In this document: positions 52,169-61,054 of the stretch, piece by piece
How the letters are laid out: each line of letters opens with the position of its first letter
Numbering within the stretch: the first letter of the stretch is position 1
From: an uncultured bacterium
GTDB taxonomy: Bacteria; Fidelibacterota; Marinisomatia; Marinisomatales; UBA1611
Direction: 5' to 3'
Assembly (NCBI GenBank): GCA_965660855.1
Contig: CBFIBM010000011.1
Span: 1 to 64,000, forward strand
DNA: 64,000 nucleotides
Notes under the pieces: generated by a model
The model's input: only the letters and a program-made list of their open reading frames with translations
Database searches by the model: none
Told to the model about the DNA's origin: nothing
Position numbers and translations under genes: made by a program

Positions 52169-52549
52169 ATGAGATATAGCTACCAAAGAGAAGTCATCAG
52201 AAAGGTTGTTTACAATAGTTCTTCCCATCCAACTGCTGATTTAATTTTTTATGAAGTTCGTAAGATCATTCCTGAGATTAGTCTAGGAACTGTATATCGA
52301 AACCTAAAACAACTTGAAAAAAACAATATAATTAAAGCTATTGAGGATAGTTCCGCTACACGTTATGACTGTAATACTGAGCCACATCACCATTTTAAAT
52401 GTGAAAAGTGTGGTGAATTAGTTGATGTTGTAACTTCTGTGGATGATGTTATTCTTGATTTAGAGGCCAAATATAATTTTAAAATAAAAAACACAAAAAT
52501 TTCATTTTTGGGATTTTGTAAAAAACACAGGAAAAAAAGGAGTACATAA
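52169..52549 (+). CDS. perR: Fur-family repressor, PerR-like
   Basis: QRE.I, HPTA, SLGTVYRNL, HHHFKCEKCG, GFC; peroxide-gene context. Confidence 0.85.
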   Translation: MRYSYQREVIRKVVYNSSSHPTADLIFYEVRKIIPEISLGTVYRNLKQLEKNNIIKAIEDSSATRYDCNTEPHHHFKCEKCGELVDVVTSVDDVILDLEAKYNFKIKNTKISFLGFCKKHRKKRST

Positions 52550-52968
52550 TGTCCTTAGAAGGAAGTAAAACACATGAGAATTTGAAGGCAGCATTTGCCG
52601 GAGAATCTCAAGCAAATCGTAGATATCTTTATTTTGCTAGACAAGCTGATATTGAAGGATATCCGGAAGCAGCAGGTGTATTTAAAAATACAGCTGATGG
52701 AGAAACAGGTCACGCTTTTGGCCACATGGAATTTTTAGAGAAAGGTGGGGCTGGAGACCCTGGGACTGGACTTCCAATTGGTGAGACAGAAGACAATCTA
52801 AAAGCTGCGGTTCAAGGCGAAACTTATGAGTATACAGAAATGTATCCTGGTTTTGCTGCCACAGCTAGAGAAGAAGGTTTTGATGAAGTTGCTGAGTGGT
52901 TTGAAACACTTGCGCGCGCCGAGAAATCACATGCAGGTAAATTCCAAGAGACCTTGGATAGTTTATAG
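52549..52968 (+). CDS. rbr: rubrerythrin (short, no rubredoxin domain)
   Basis: [39 protein letters not shown]. Confidence 0.95.
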   Translation: MSLEGSKTHENLKAAFAGESQANRRYLYFARQADIEGYPEAAGVFKNTADGETGHAFGHMEFLEKGGAGDPGTGLPIGETEDNLKAAVQGETYEYTEMYPGFAATAREEGFDEVAEWFETLARAEKSHAGKFQETLDSL

Positions 52969-52974
52969 AAATGT

Positions 52975-53006
52975 TGGAGTCAGTATCTATTTAGGTACTG
53001 ACTCCA
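52975..53006 (+). other. strong intercistronic hairpin without U-tract
   Basis: tggagtcagtatct-attt-aggtactgactcca. Confidence 0.75.
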
Positions 53007-53028
53007 TTATATAAAAGGTTAAAATCCA

Positions 53029-54456
53029 ATGTTAGATCATTCGAACACAAAAAACACAATTTATGATATAAATGATCCATTATACTGGGATAAAACTTCT
53101 CTTTATTCTGAAATGGATAGAGTGTATGATATATGCATTGGTTGTCGTTTATGCTTTAATCTCTGCCCGTCTTTCCCATCTATGTTTGAATCGATAGATA
53201 ATGCAGGGGTTCGTAAACGGGATATTGCTGAAAAAGAAGGTAGAGTAGAAAAACAAGATAAAGAGGTTAAAGAAGAGTATTTAGATTTGCCTGAAGGCGA
53301 GCATGCCATAGAAGCTAGTATTGAAGTTGAGTTTAGAGGAGAGGTCTCTGACTTGACTGATGATGAAAGATGGGAGGTTGTAGATTTATGTTATCAATGT
53401 AAACTCTGTGACCCAGTTTGTCCTTATACGCCAGATAAAGAACATGAATTTCAACTTGACTTTCCAAAATTAATGACCAGATCTCAAGCGATCAGAACAA
53501 AAGAAAGAGGCGTAAAGTTCAATGACAAATTTTTAGCAAATACCGATTTTTCAGGAAAAATTGGATCAATTTTTGGACCAATTTTAAATATATCTTCAAA
53601 AATTAAACCTTTTAGATATGTGATGGAGATGGTTATTGGAATCCATAGAAACAGAATTTTACCTAAGTTTCATACAAATACATTTGAAAAATGGTTTTCA
53701 AAACATAAATCTCAAATTGATTCTCCGACTGATAAAGTTGTAATTTTTGGTACATGTTTTACAAATGCAAATGATGTTGATCTGGGTACTGCTTCTGTAA
53801 AGATTTTAGAGCATAATAATGTAGAATGTATTTATCCAAAACAACAATGTTGTGGCGCTCCATATCTAAGTCCTGGTGATTTTGATGGTTTTAAAAACCA
53901 AGCTCAACCCAATATTGATCAGTTGTCTAAATGGGTAGATAATGGCTATAAAATTATAGTCACAGGTCCACCTACCTGTAGTTTAACATTAAAAAAAGAG
54001 TATCCAGACTACATTGGGTTAACAGAGAAAGTAAAGAAAATTTCTGAAAATACTTTTGATATATCTGAATATTTAGTTTACTTAGATAAAAAAGGAAAAC
54101 TTAAAAAAGATTTTCAAAATTCTTTGGGTGTCATTTCATACCATGTTAGTTGTCACCTTAAAGCCCAAAAAATGGGTTTTAAGGGAAGAGATTTATTAAA
54201 ATTAGTTCCTGATACCAAAATTAGTTTGGTTAATAGATGCAGCGGAATGGACGGGGGCTGGGGAATGAAAAAAGAATTCTTTGATGAGTCAATGAAAGTA
54301 GCTGAAAAATGTGTAAATGATTTAGGGCAAAAAAATGCAAATAGTGTTTGTTCAGATTGTTCATTAGCAAGTCATCAACTAAAGCAGGCTAGTGGTGATA
54401 AAATTCAGCCAATTCACCCAATAATACAACTCTACAAAGCATATGGTTTTAATTAA
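53029..54456 (+). CDS. rubrerythrin-associated Fe-S oxidoreductase (GlpC/CCG-domain)
   Basis: CIGCRLCFNLCP, CYQCKLCDPVCP, CCG, HVSCH, CSG. Confidence 0.9.
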   Translation: MLDHSNTKNTIYDINDPLYWDKTSLYSEMDRVYDICIGCRLCFNLCPSFPSMFESIDNAGVRKRDIAEKEGRVEKQDKEVKEEYLDLPEGEHAIEASIEVEFRGEVSDLTDDERWEVVDLCYQCKLCDPVCPYTPDKEHEFQLDFPKLMTRSQAIRTKERGVKFNDKFLANTDFSGKIGSIFGPILNISSKIKPFRYVMEMVIGIHRNRILPKFHTNTFEKWFSKHKSQIDSPTDKVVIFGTCFTNANDVDLGTASVKILEHNNVECIYPKQQCCGAPYLSPGDFDGFKNQAQPNIDQLSKWVDNGYKIIVTGPPTCSLTLKKEYPDYIGLTEKVKKISENTFDISEYLVYLDKKGKLKKDFQNSLGVISYHVSCHLKAQKMGFKGRDLLKLVPDTKISLVNRCSGMDGGWGMKKEFFDESMKVAEKCVNDLGQKNANSVCSDCSLASHQLKQASGDKIQPIHPIIQLYKAYGFN

Positions 54457-54471
54457 AAATAGGAATACACA

Positions 54472-55053
54472 ATGCAAAAATTAGATTCAAAATCGCTTAT
54501 GAACATTATAGAATATGAGAAAGTAAGAAATGATTATAGAGATAAAATTATATTATACAAAAGAGATAGGAGAGTTTCATTAGGTCCTAATGTAACTATC
54601 ACATTTGAAAATAAAAAAACTTTATCATTTCAGATTCAAGAGATAATGAGAGCAGAGCGTTTAGTTCATGATCATCAAATAGAAGAAGAGATTGCAGTTT
54701 ATAACTCATTAATGCCTCCTGAAAAAGGTTTAAGTGCAACTTTATTCATTGAAGTAACTGAGGAATCAAAAATAAAAACCGTGTTAAATAAATTTATTGG
54801 CCTTACCAAAGGTAATACCTTATACATTGATATTGATGGTCAAAAAATAAATGCAGTTTTTGAAACTGGAAGGGAAGCAGAAGAGCAGATTAGTTCTGTC
54901 CATTATATACAATTTTTCTTCACGCCTGAACAGAAAGAAAAACTTATTAATCTAAAAACAGATATTAAAATAAGTATAAATTATAATGGATATGAATACT
55001 CTGAAAAGCTATCAGATAAATTTAGAGAATCAATTTCTAAAGACTTTGAATAA
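54472..55053 (+). CDS. DUF3501 family protein
   Basis: YEKVR, RRVSLGP..T..FEN, QIQEIMRAE, ATLFIE, SSVHY. Confidence 0.9.
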   Translation: MQKLDSKSLMNIIEYEKVRNDYRDKIILYKRDRRVSLGPNVTITFENKKTLSFQIQEIMRAERLVHDHQIEEEIAVYNSLMPPEKGLSATLFIEVTEESKIKTVLNKFIGLTKGNTLYIDIDGQKINAVFETGREAEEQISSVHYIQFFFTPEQKEKLINLKTDIKISINYNGYEYSEKLSDKFRESISKDFE

Positions 55054-55096
55054 ACGTTTACTTTATCTAATTATTATTTAAATAAAAACAGTCATC

Positions 55097-55744
55097 ATTA
55101 ATAATCCTTTTAGTGCATTAGAAGCAAAAAAAATTAATATCCTTAATTCGGATAATTCTTTTCTAGTTAATAATATTTATTTTGTTGGTAGAAATTATAC
55201 TGAGCATTCAATTGAAATGGGTGAAGATGATAAAGTCCCTCCATTTTTTTTCTCTAAGCCAAAATGGACCATAGCTAGTAAAAACGTTCCTTACCCAAAA
55301 GACACTCTTAAGTTACAACATGAGGTCGAGCTTGTAATTGCGGTTGGAGAACATTCAAAAATTTATGGCTTTGGTGTTGGGGTTGATTTGACGAGAAGAG
55401 ACCTTCAAAAAGATGCAAAAAAAAATGGAAAACCTTGGTTTCAAGGTAAATGTTTTCAAGGTAGTTCAGTAATGTCCGATATAATTTTATTTGACAAAGA
55501 TATTGATTTTAGTGATTTAAGATTAGAACTCACTGTTAATAAGGAATTGAAACAAAGTGGTAAATGCATAGACATGATTTGGAATCCAAGTGAAATATTA
55601 TGCGAATTATCTAGAGATTTTAGCTTAGAGGCAGGCGATTTAATTTATACAGGTACTCCAAGAGGTGTAGGTGATTTGAAAAAAGGAGACTTAATAATGG
55701 CATCTATTCCAGGTTATGTTTCTCATAGTTTTAATATTTTGTAA
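55097..55744 (+). CDS. fumarylacetoacetate hydrolase family protein (start extended upstream of ATG 55217; probable ATT/ATA start)
   Basis: in-frame IYFVGRNY.EH..EMG upstream of ATG; FFSKP, HEVEL, DLTRRDLQ, GDLIYTGTP.GVG. Confidence 0.85.
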   Translation: MNNPFSALEAKKINILNSDNSFLVNNIYFVGRNYTEHSIEMGEDDKVPPFFFSKPKWTIASKNVPYPKDTLKLQHEVELVIAVGEHSKIYGFGVGVDLTRRDLQKDAKKNGKPWFQGKCFQGSSVMSDIILFDKDIDFSDLRLELTVNKELKQSGKCIDMIWNPSEILCELSRDFSLEAGDLIYTGTPRGVGDLKKGDLIMASIPGYVSHSFNIL

Positions 55745-55870
55745 TAATATTCTAAAAATACAACTAAAGATAATTTTATAAATAATTTACTAGTCTTTCA
55801 TAAATTGTCAATTTTAAGTAAACTTTAACCTTATTATTTATATAATTAATTACTTTACAGGGTTAATCAA

Positions 55871-56302
55871 ATGTCAAATTGGGATAAAAATTTATTTATT
55901 GATCACTTAAGAGAGGAATGTACTCGCGAAGTTGCGAAGGTTGGGGTTGCAATCATCGAATTTTCAGAAAAGTACGCAGATGATATATCTTGGGGAAGAG
56001 GTACAGATCATGGAACACTTACCTATCGTTGTAATACGGATATAGGACCTTTACCATTATTTCATATGACATCTGTTGGGCAATTAAATTTGCAAATAAA
56101 TTTTATGCGTAACAAAGAGATACCTCCAATGGTTGTAAGAGACGTTGTCTTAAAACTTGAATCAAATTTTTTGAGAGATTATGATGAGCTTGAATATCCT
56201 AGTGATGTTTTTGTGCCAATAAATGAATTATTTCACACTGAGAATCAACTTGAAAAATTTCTCAAAACTATGGAAGGTGCCACTTACCGATTAAGGCAAT
56301 AA
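55871..56302 (+). CDS. hypothetical cytoplasmic protein
   Basis: 143-aa ORF, globular composition, no recognised family. Confidence 0.75.
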   Translation: MSNWDKNLFIDHLREECTREVAKVGVAIIEFSEKYADDISWGRGTDHGTLTYRCNTDIGPLPLFHMTSVGQLNLQINFMRNKEIPPMVVRDVVLKLESNFLRDYDELEYPSDVFVPINELFHTENQLEKFLKTMEGATYRLRQ

Positions 56303-56377
56303 TAAGGTATAGTAATATTTTATAATATTGACTATAAATTACTTTTCTTAAATATTCCTCCTTATTATAGTTTTATA

Positions 56378-57946
56378 TTGATGAAGTTATTATCTTTTTT
56401 TATAGCAATTACATTTTTAGCTGCCGAAGAATTGCCTATTGGCTTAACTGAAGAAGAAAAGTCTCGTATTCATGAAATTCCACTAATGTCTCGGCAAACT
56501 GATCCGCCAAATGGTCCAGTAAGAAATATTGCAGAATATGAAAGAATGCAAGGTGTACTTATTAGATATCCATTCGGAATCTCAATGAATTTAATTGCAG
56601 AAATTGCTAATGATGTAAAGATATTTTGTTTGGTATCAGGAGCTCAACAAAGTACAGCTGAAAACCTATTAGAAAATGGTCAAGTTGATATTGGAAATGT
56701 GGAATTTATAATTGGTAACACTGATAGCTATTGGACAAGGGACTATGGACCATGGTGGGTGGTTAATGGAGATAATCAAATGAGTATTGTTGATTTTACT
56801 TATAACAGACCGAGGCCCAATGATAATGATGCTCCGTTCAAGCTATCAGAGTACCTTAATGTCCCATTTTATGCTAGTGATATAATACATGCTGGTGGAA
56901 ACTATATGACAGATGGTTTTGGAACATCGGCATCCTCTGATTTAGTTTTTGAAGAAAATACTATGAGTGAGCCTGAGATCAACGAACTGATGAACGATTA
57001 CTATGGAATTGAGAATTATCATGTGATTGATGATCCAAATAATACATACATTGATCATATTGATTGTTGGGGAAAATATTTGAGCCCTGAAAAAGTATTA
57101 ATTCGAGAAGTTCCAAACAATCATCCGCAGTTCAATCAAATTGAGGAAACAGCATCATATTTTTCAAATACAACAAATTCATGGAATGAACCATGGGAGG
57201 TATATCGAGTTTGGACACCAGGCAATGAACCTTATACTAATTCATTAATTTTAAATGAAAAAGTACTTGTTCCAATTACTGGAGGTAATTGGGATGAAAA
57301 TGCTCTGGAGGCTTATCGAGATGCTTTACCGGGTTATCAAATAATCGGGTATGAAGGTTCATGGGAATCTACGGATGCTCTCCATTGTAGAACAAAAGGT
57401 ATACCTGATTTAGAAATGTTACAAATTTTTCATAATCCTCTAAATAATTTAATAGAGCCTTCAGATCAAGGGTATGAGGTTAATATGGAGGTTTTAGATC
57501 TTAGCAACACTGGATTAATTTCAGATTCTATGATAATTTTTTGGAGGAAATCAGTTGATGAAGAATGGCATCAAAGTCCACTATCCCAAATTTTACCAGA
57601 CATAAATAATAATTGGTCAGGTTTTATTCCTGCGATTACAGATACGAGCGATATCGCATATTATTTACAAGCTGCTGACTCCTCTGGTCGTTTGGAAAAA
57701 AACCCAATAGGTGGTTGGCATATTTTTTCTGCACTGCCAACGGAGATATGTAATGATTGGTTATCAGGTGATTTGAATAGTACTGGAAAAATTGAAATTT
57801 CCGATATCCTTAAGCTCGCAGATCATATTTTCTACGGAGAAAATACGGGGATTTGTCCGAATTCAGTTTCTGATATCAATAACGATGGAGAAGTTTCATT
57901 ACTTGATATAGTTTTACTCGTCAATAGATTGTTGATTCAAGAATAG
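56378..57946 (+). CDS. secreted agmatine/peptidylarginine deiminase family protein with C-terminal dockerin-like domain
   Basis: WTRDYGP, GGN, HID, ALHC; tail GDLNSTGKIEISD...DINNDGEVSLLDIV. Confidence 0.88.
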   Translation: MMKLLSFFIAITFLAAEELPIGLTEEEKSRIHEIPLMSRQTDPPNGPVRNIAEYERMQGVLIRYPFGISMNLIAEIANDVKIFCLVSGAQQSTAENLLENGQVDIGNVEFIIGNTDSYWTRDYGPWWVVNGDNQMSIVDFTYNRPRPNDNDAPFKLSEYLNVPFYASDIIHAGGNYMTDGFGTSASSDLVFEENTMSEPEINELMNDYYGIENYHVIDDPNNTYIDHIDCWGKYLSPEKVLIREVPNNHPQFNQIEETASYFSNTTNSWNEPWEVYRVWTPGNEPYTNSLILNEKVLVPITGGNWDENALEAYRDALPGYQIIGYEGSWESTDALHCRTKGIPDLEMLQIFHNPLNNLIEPSDQGYEVNMEVLDLSNTGLISDSMIIFWRKSVDEEWHQSPLSQILPDINNNWSGFIPAITDTSDIAYYLQAADSSGRLEKNPIGGWHIFSALPTEICNDWLSGDLNSTGKIEISDILKLADHIFYGENTGICPNSVSDINNDGEVSLLDIVLLVNRLLIQE

Positions 57947-58012
57947 AATTAAGATTACAATTAATAATTATGATATAATAGGCTAAATTAAAACTAATTA
58001 ATAAGGTATAAA

Positions 58013-59302
58013 GTGAAAATAAATAGCAATAAGATAAATGAATATACCGTGGAGCTTGAAATAGATATACCATGGTCTGAATTAGAGGTAGATTTTAATA
58101 ATTCAGTAAAAAAGTTCAGTAAAAAAATTAAAATGCCAGGTTTTAGATCAGGAAAAATACCACGAGATAGGCTCATGAGCCAGTATCAGCCAAATATAGA
58201 AGCTGATTTTATGGATGACAATTTTCAAAAATATTATATCATGGGAATTGAGAAAGAAAATGTGATGCCTGTAAATAAGGCTGAAATAAAGGATGTTCAT
58301 TTTCATATGAATGAACATTTTAAATTTAAAGCTACATTTGAAATTGAGCCTGAAGTAAAATTTCCAAAATTAAAAAAAGATTCATTAAAAGTACAAAAAA
58401 CAATATACAGTTATGATGAGAAAGATGTAGATGATGCTATTCTACAATTACGAAAATCCCATGCAACTATCAAAACAGTTGAGGAAGGAGCTAAGGAAGG
58501 AGACTATTTAATTTGCACATTACAAAAATTAGATGAATCCGGTGTTCCTATAATCGGCAAGAAATTTGAAAAGCAGTATTTGAGAGTTGGAAACGGCTCT
58601 TTCTCTGATAGTCAGAAAGATAAAATGATTGGATTAAAACCAAATGATTCTACGCGCGTGACTTTACCGGTGAATAAAGATGGTGAAGAAGCAGAATATG
58701 AATTAACTGTTGATAACGTTGAAAGAGAGATTCTTCCAGATCTTGATGAGAAATTTCTCGCACTTATAAATCCTAATTTAAAATCCTTAGAGGAATTAGA
58801 TAAAGATGTAAAAGAAAAAATAAAATCTAACTTCAAAGAACGTTCGCAAACTTCATTTGAAAGAGACTTAACGGATGCACTAATTGATCTTATTAATCCT
58901 TCTTTTAGTCCAGCAATGGTCCAGAATTACTTAGCCAATCTAGTTGAAGACGTAAAAAAACAAAATCAAGGTGAACCTTTAGATGATGATAAAGTAAAAG
59001 AGCATTATCTACCTGTTGCTGAACGTAATGTTAAATGGTATTCTATAAGAAATAAATTAATTAAAGAAGAAAATCTGGTGGTCTCTAAAAAAGATGTCGA
59101 CTTAGAGATTGAGAAGCTTGTAACTAGAACACCACAATCAGAAAAAGAGATAAGAAAGTTTTATAAAAAACCTAGCAGTCGTAAAAGAATAGAGGAAGAC
59201 CTTCTTGAAAAAAAGATATTAGATCATCTAATACAATTCGCAAAAATTAAAGATGTGACTGTTGAAACAAAAGAGTTACGTGGGGCAGATCATGACCATT
59301 GA
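58013..59302 (+). CDS. tig: trigger factor
   Basis: ribosome-binding [10 protein letters not shown]; tig-clpP-clpX synteny. Confidence 0.93.
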   Translation: MKINSNKINEYTVELEIDIPWSELEVDFNNSVKKFSKKIKMPGFRSGKIPRDRLMSQYQPNIEADFMDDNFQKYYIMGIEKENVMPVNKAEIKDVHFHMNEHFKFKATFEIEPEVKFPKLKKDSLKVQKTIYSYDEKDVDDAILQLRKSHATIKTVEEGAKEGDYLICTLQKLDESGVPIIGKKFEKQYLRVGNGSFSDSQKDKMIGLKPNDSTRVTLPVNKDGEEAEYELTVDNVEREILPDLDEKFLALINPNLKSLEELDKDVKEKIKSNFKERSQTSFERDLTDALIDLINPSFSPAMVQNYLANLVEDVKKQNQGEPLDDDKVKEHYLPVAERNVKWYSIRNKLIKEENLVVSKKDVDLEIEKLVTRTPQSEKEIRKFYKKPSSRKRIEEDLLEKKILDHLIQFAKIKDVTVETKELRGADHDH

Positions 59303-59900
59303 TGAAAAAATATTAAACCAAATTATTCCTATAGTTGTTGAACAAACTGGGAGATCGGAGAGAGCTTTTGATATTTATTCACGGCTTTTAAAAGAAAGGA
59401 TTATTTTCCTTGGAACACCAATTGACGATTCAATAGCATCTCTTATTATAGCTCAATTATTATTCTTAGAAGCGGAGGACTCTGAAAAAGATATCAACCT
59501 TTACATAAACTCACCAGGGGGAATTGTGACTTCCGGAATGGGGATTTATGACACAATGCAATATATTAAGCCTGCTGTGTCAACAATTTGTTTAGGTCAA
59601 GCTGCTAGCATGGGTGCGTTTTTATTGGCTGGTGGAGAAAAAGGTAAAAGATTTGCATTACCAAATTCAAGAATTATGATTCACCAACCTTTAGGAGGAG
59701 CTCAAGGACAAGCTTCTGATATAAAAATTCAAGCAGATGAAATATTAAGGATGAAAAAGCAGCTAAATGGTATTCTTGCTAAAAATACTGGTCAAACTCT
59801 AAAAAAAATTGAAGCAGATACTGAAAGAGATAATTATCTAATTGCTAAGGATGCTAAGGCATATGGATTAATTGATTCTATAATGATAAAGAGAAAGTGA
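59292..59900 (+). CDS. clpP: Clp protease proteolytic subunit (start moved to ATG 59292)
   Basis: [34 protein letters not shown]. Confidence 0.97.
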   Translation: MTIDEKILNQIIPIVVEQTGRSERAFDIYSRLLKERIIFLGTPIDDSIASLIIAQLLFLEAEDSEKDINLYINSPGGIVTSGMGIYDTMQYIKPAVSTICLGQAASMGAFLLAGGEKGKRFALPNSRIMIHQPLGGAQGQASDIKIQADEILRMKKQLNGILAKNTGQTLKKIEADTERDNYLIAKDAKAYGLIDSIMIKRK

Positions 59901-61054
59901 ATAATATAAAAAAAAATAGTCCGCTTGAGATTAATTTGGATAGTGAAGCTGAAAAAGAAAAGTCTAATCACAGTATTAAACTTCAAAAACCATCCAAAAT
60001 AAAATCGTATTTAGACAAATATGTGGTTGGGCAAGACCATGCGAAGAAAACTATATCAGTAGCTGTTTATAACCACTATAAGCGTATAATGCATGAATCT
60101 TATTTATCTGATAATGTGGAAATTGATAAAAGTAATATTTTAATTCTTGGTTCTACAGGTACTGGAAAAACACTAATTGCTCAAACCTTAGCTCGTTTTT
60201 TATCTGTGCCTTTTGCAATAGCGGATGCAACAACGTTAACTGAGGCTGGTTATGTTGGCGAAGATGTGGAAAATATTTTAGTTAGGCTTCTACAAGTATC
60301 AAATTATAATATCGATGCCGCTGAAAAAGGAATAATTTATATTGATGAGATTGATAAGGTTGGTAGGAAGTCATCAAGTGCGTCAATTACACGAGATGTT
60401 AGTGGTGAAGGTGTTCAACAAGCACTTTTAAAAATTATAGAAGGCACAATTGCGAACCTTCCTCCAAAAGGTGGGAGAAAACATCCAGAGCAGAGTTTCA
60501 TACCAATTAATACTAAAAATATCCTATTTATTTGTGGTGGCTCATTTGCAGATTTGGAAGATATTATTTCAAAAAGAATTGGTGCTTCAGATATAGGTTT
60601 TGGATATGAAAATAAGCAATTAAATAAGCTTAATGTTTATGACATTTTTAAAGGAGTAAATCAAAAAGATTTAATATCTTATGGTCTCATTCCTGAATTA
60701 ATTGGAAGATTACCAGTTGTCGCAAGACTCAATATGCTTAGTAAAAAAGACCTACTGAAAGTAATCATAGAACCTAAGAATTCTTTAATTAAACAATATC
60801 AAAAATTATTTTTAATAGAGGGAGTTATACTTGAATTTGAAAAAGAAGCATTAAATGCAATTGTTCAAAAAGGATATGAACAAAAATCTGGAGCAAGAGG
60901 TTTACGATCTGTTGTAGAAAATGTACTACTAGACGTAATGTATGAAGCGCCCGATATTAAAAATATACAGAGAGTTTTAATTACAAAAAACACAGTTATT
61001 TCAGGTGAAAAACCTAAATATATAATTTCAACTACAAAGAAGAAAACAGCCTGA
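59897..61054 (+). CDS. clpX: Clp protease ATPase ClpX lacking N-terminal zinc-binding domain
   Basis: [34 protein letters not shown] loops. Confidence 0.96.
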   Translation: MNNIKKNSPLEINLDSEAEKEKSNHSIKLQKPSKIKSYLDKYVVGQDHAKKTISVAVYNHYKRIMHESYLSDNVEIDKSNILILGSTGTGKTLIAQTLARFLSVPFAIADATTLTEAGYVGEDVENILVRLLQVSNYNIDAAEKGIIYIDEIDKVGRKSSSASITRDVSGEGVQQALLKIIEGTIANLPPKGGRKHPEQSFIPINTKNILFICGGSFADLEDIISKRIGASDIGFGYENKQLNKLNVYDIFKGVNQKDLISYGLIPELIGRLPVVARLNMLSKKDLLKVIIEPKNSLIKQYQKLFLIEGVILEFEKEALNAIVQKGYEQKSGARGLRSVVENVLLDVMYEAPDIKNIQRVLITKNTVISGEKPKYIISTTKKKTA

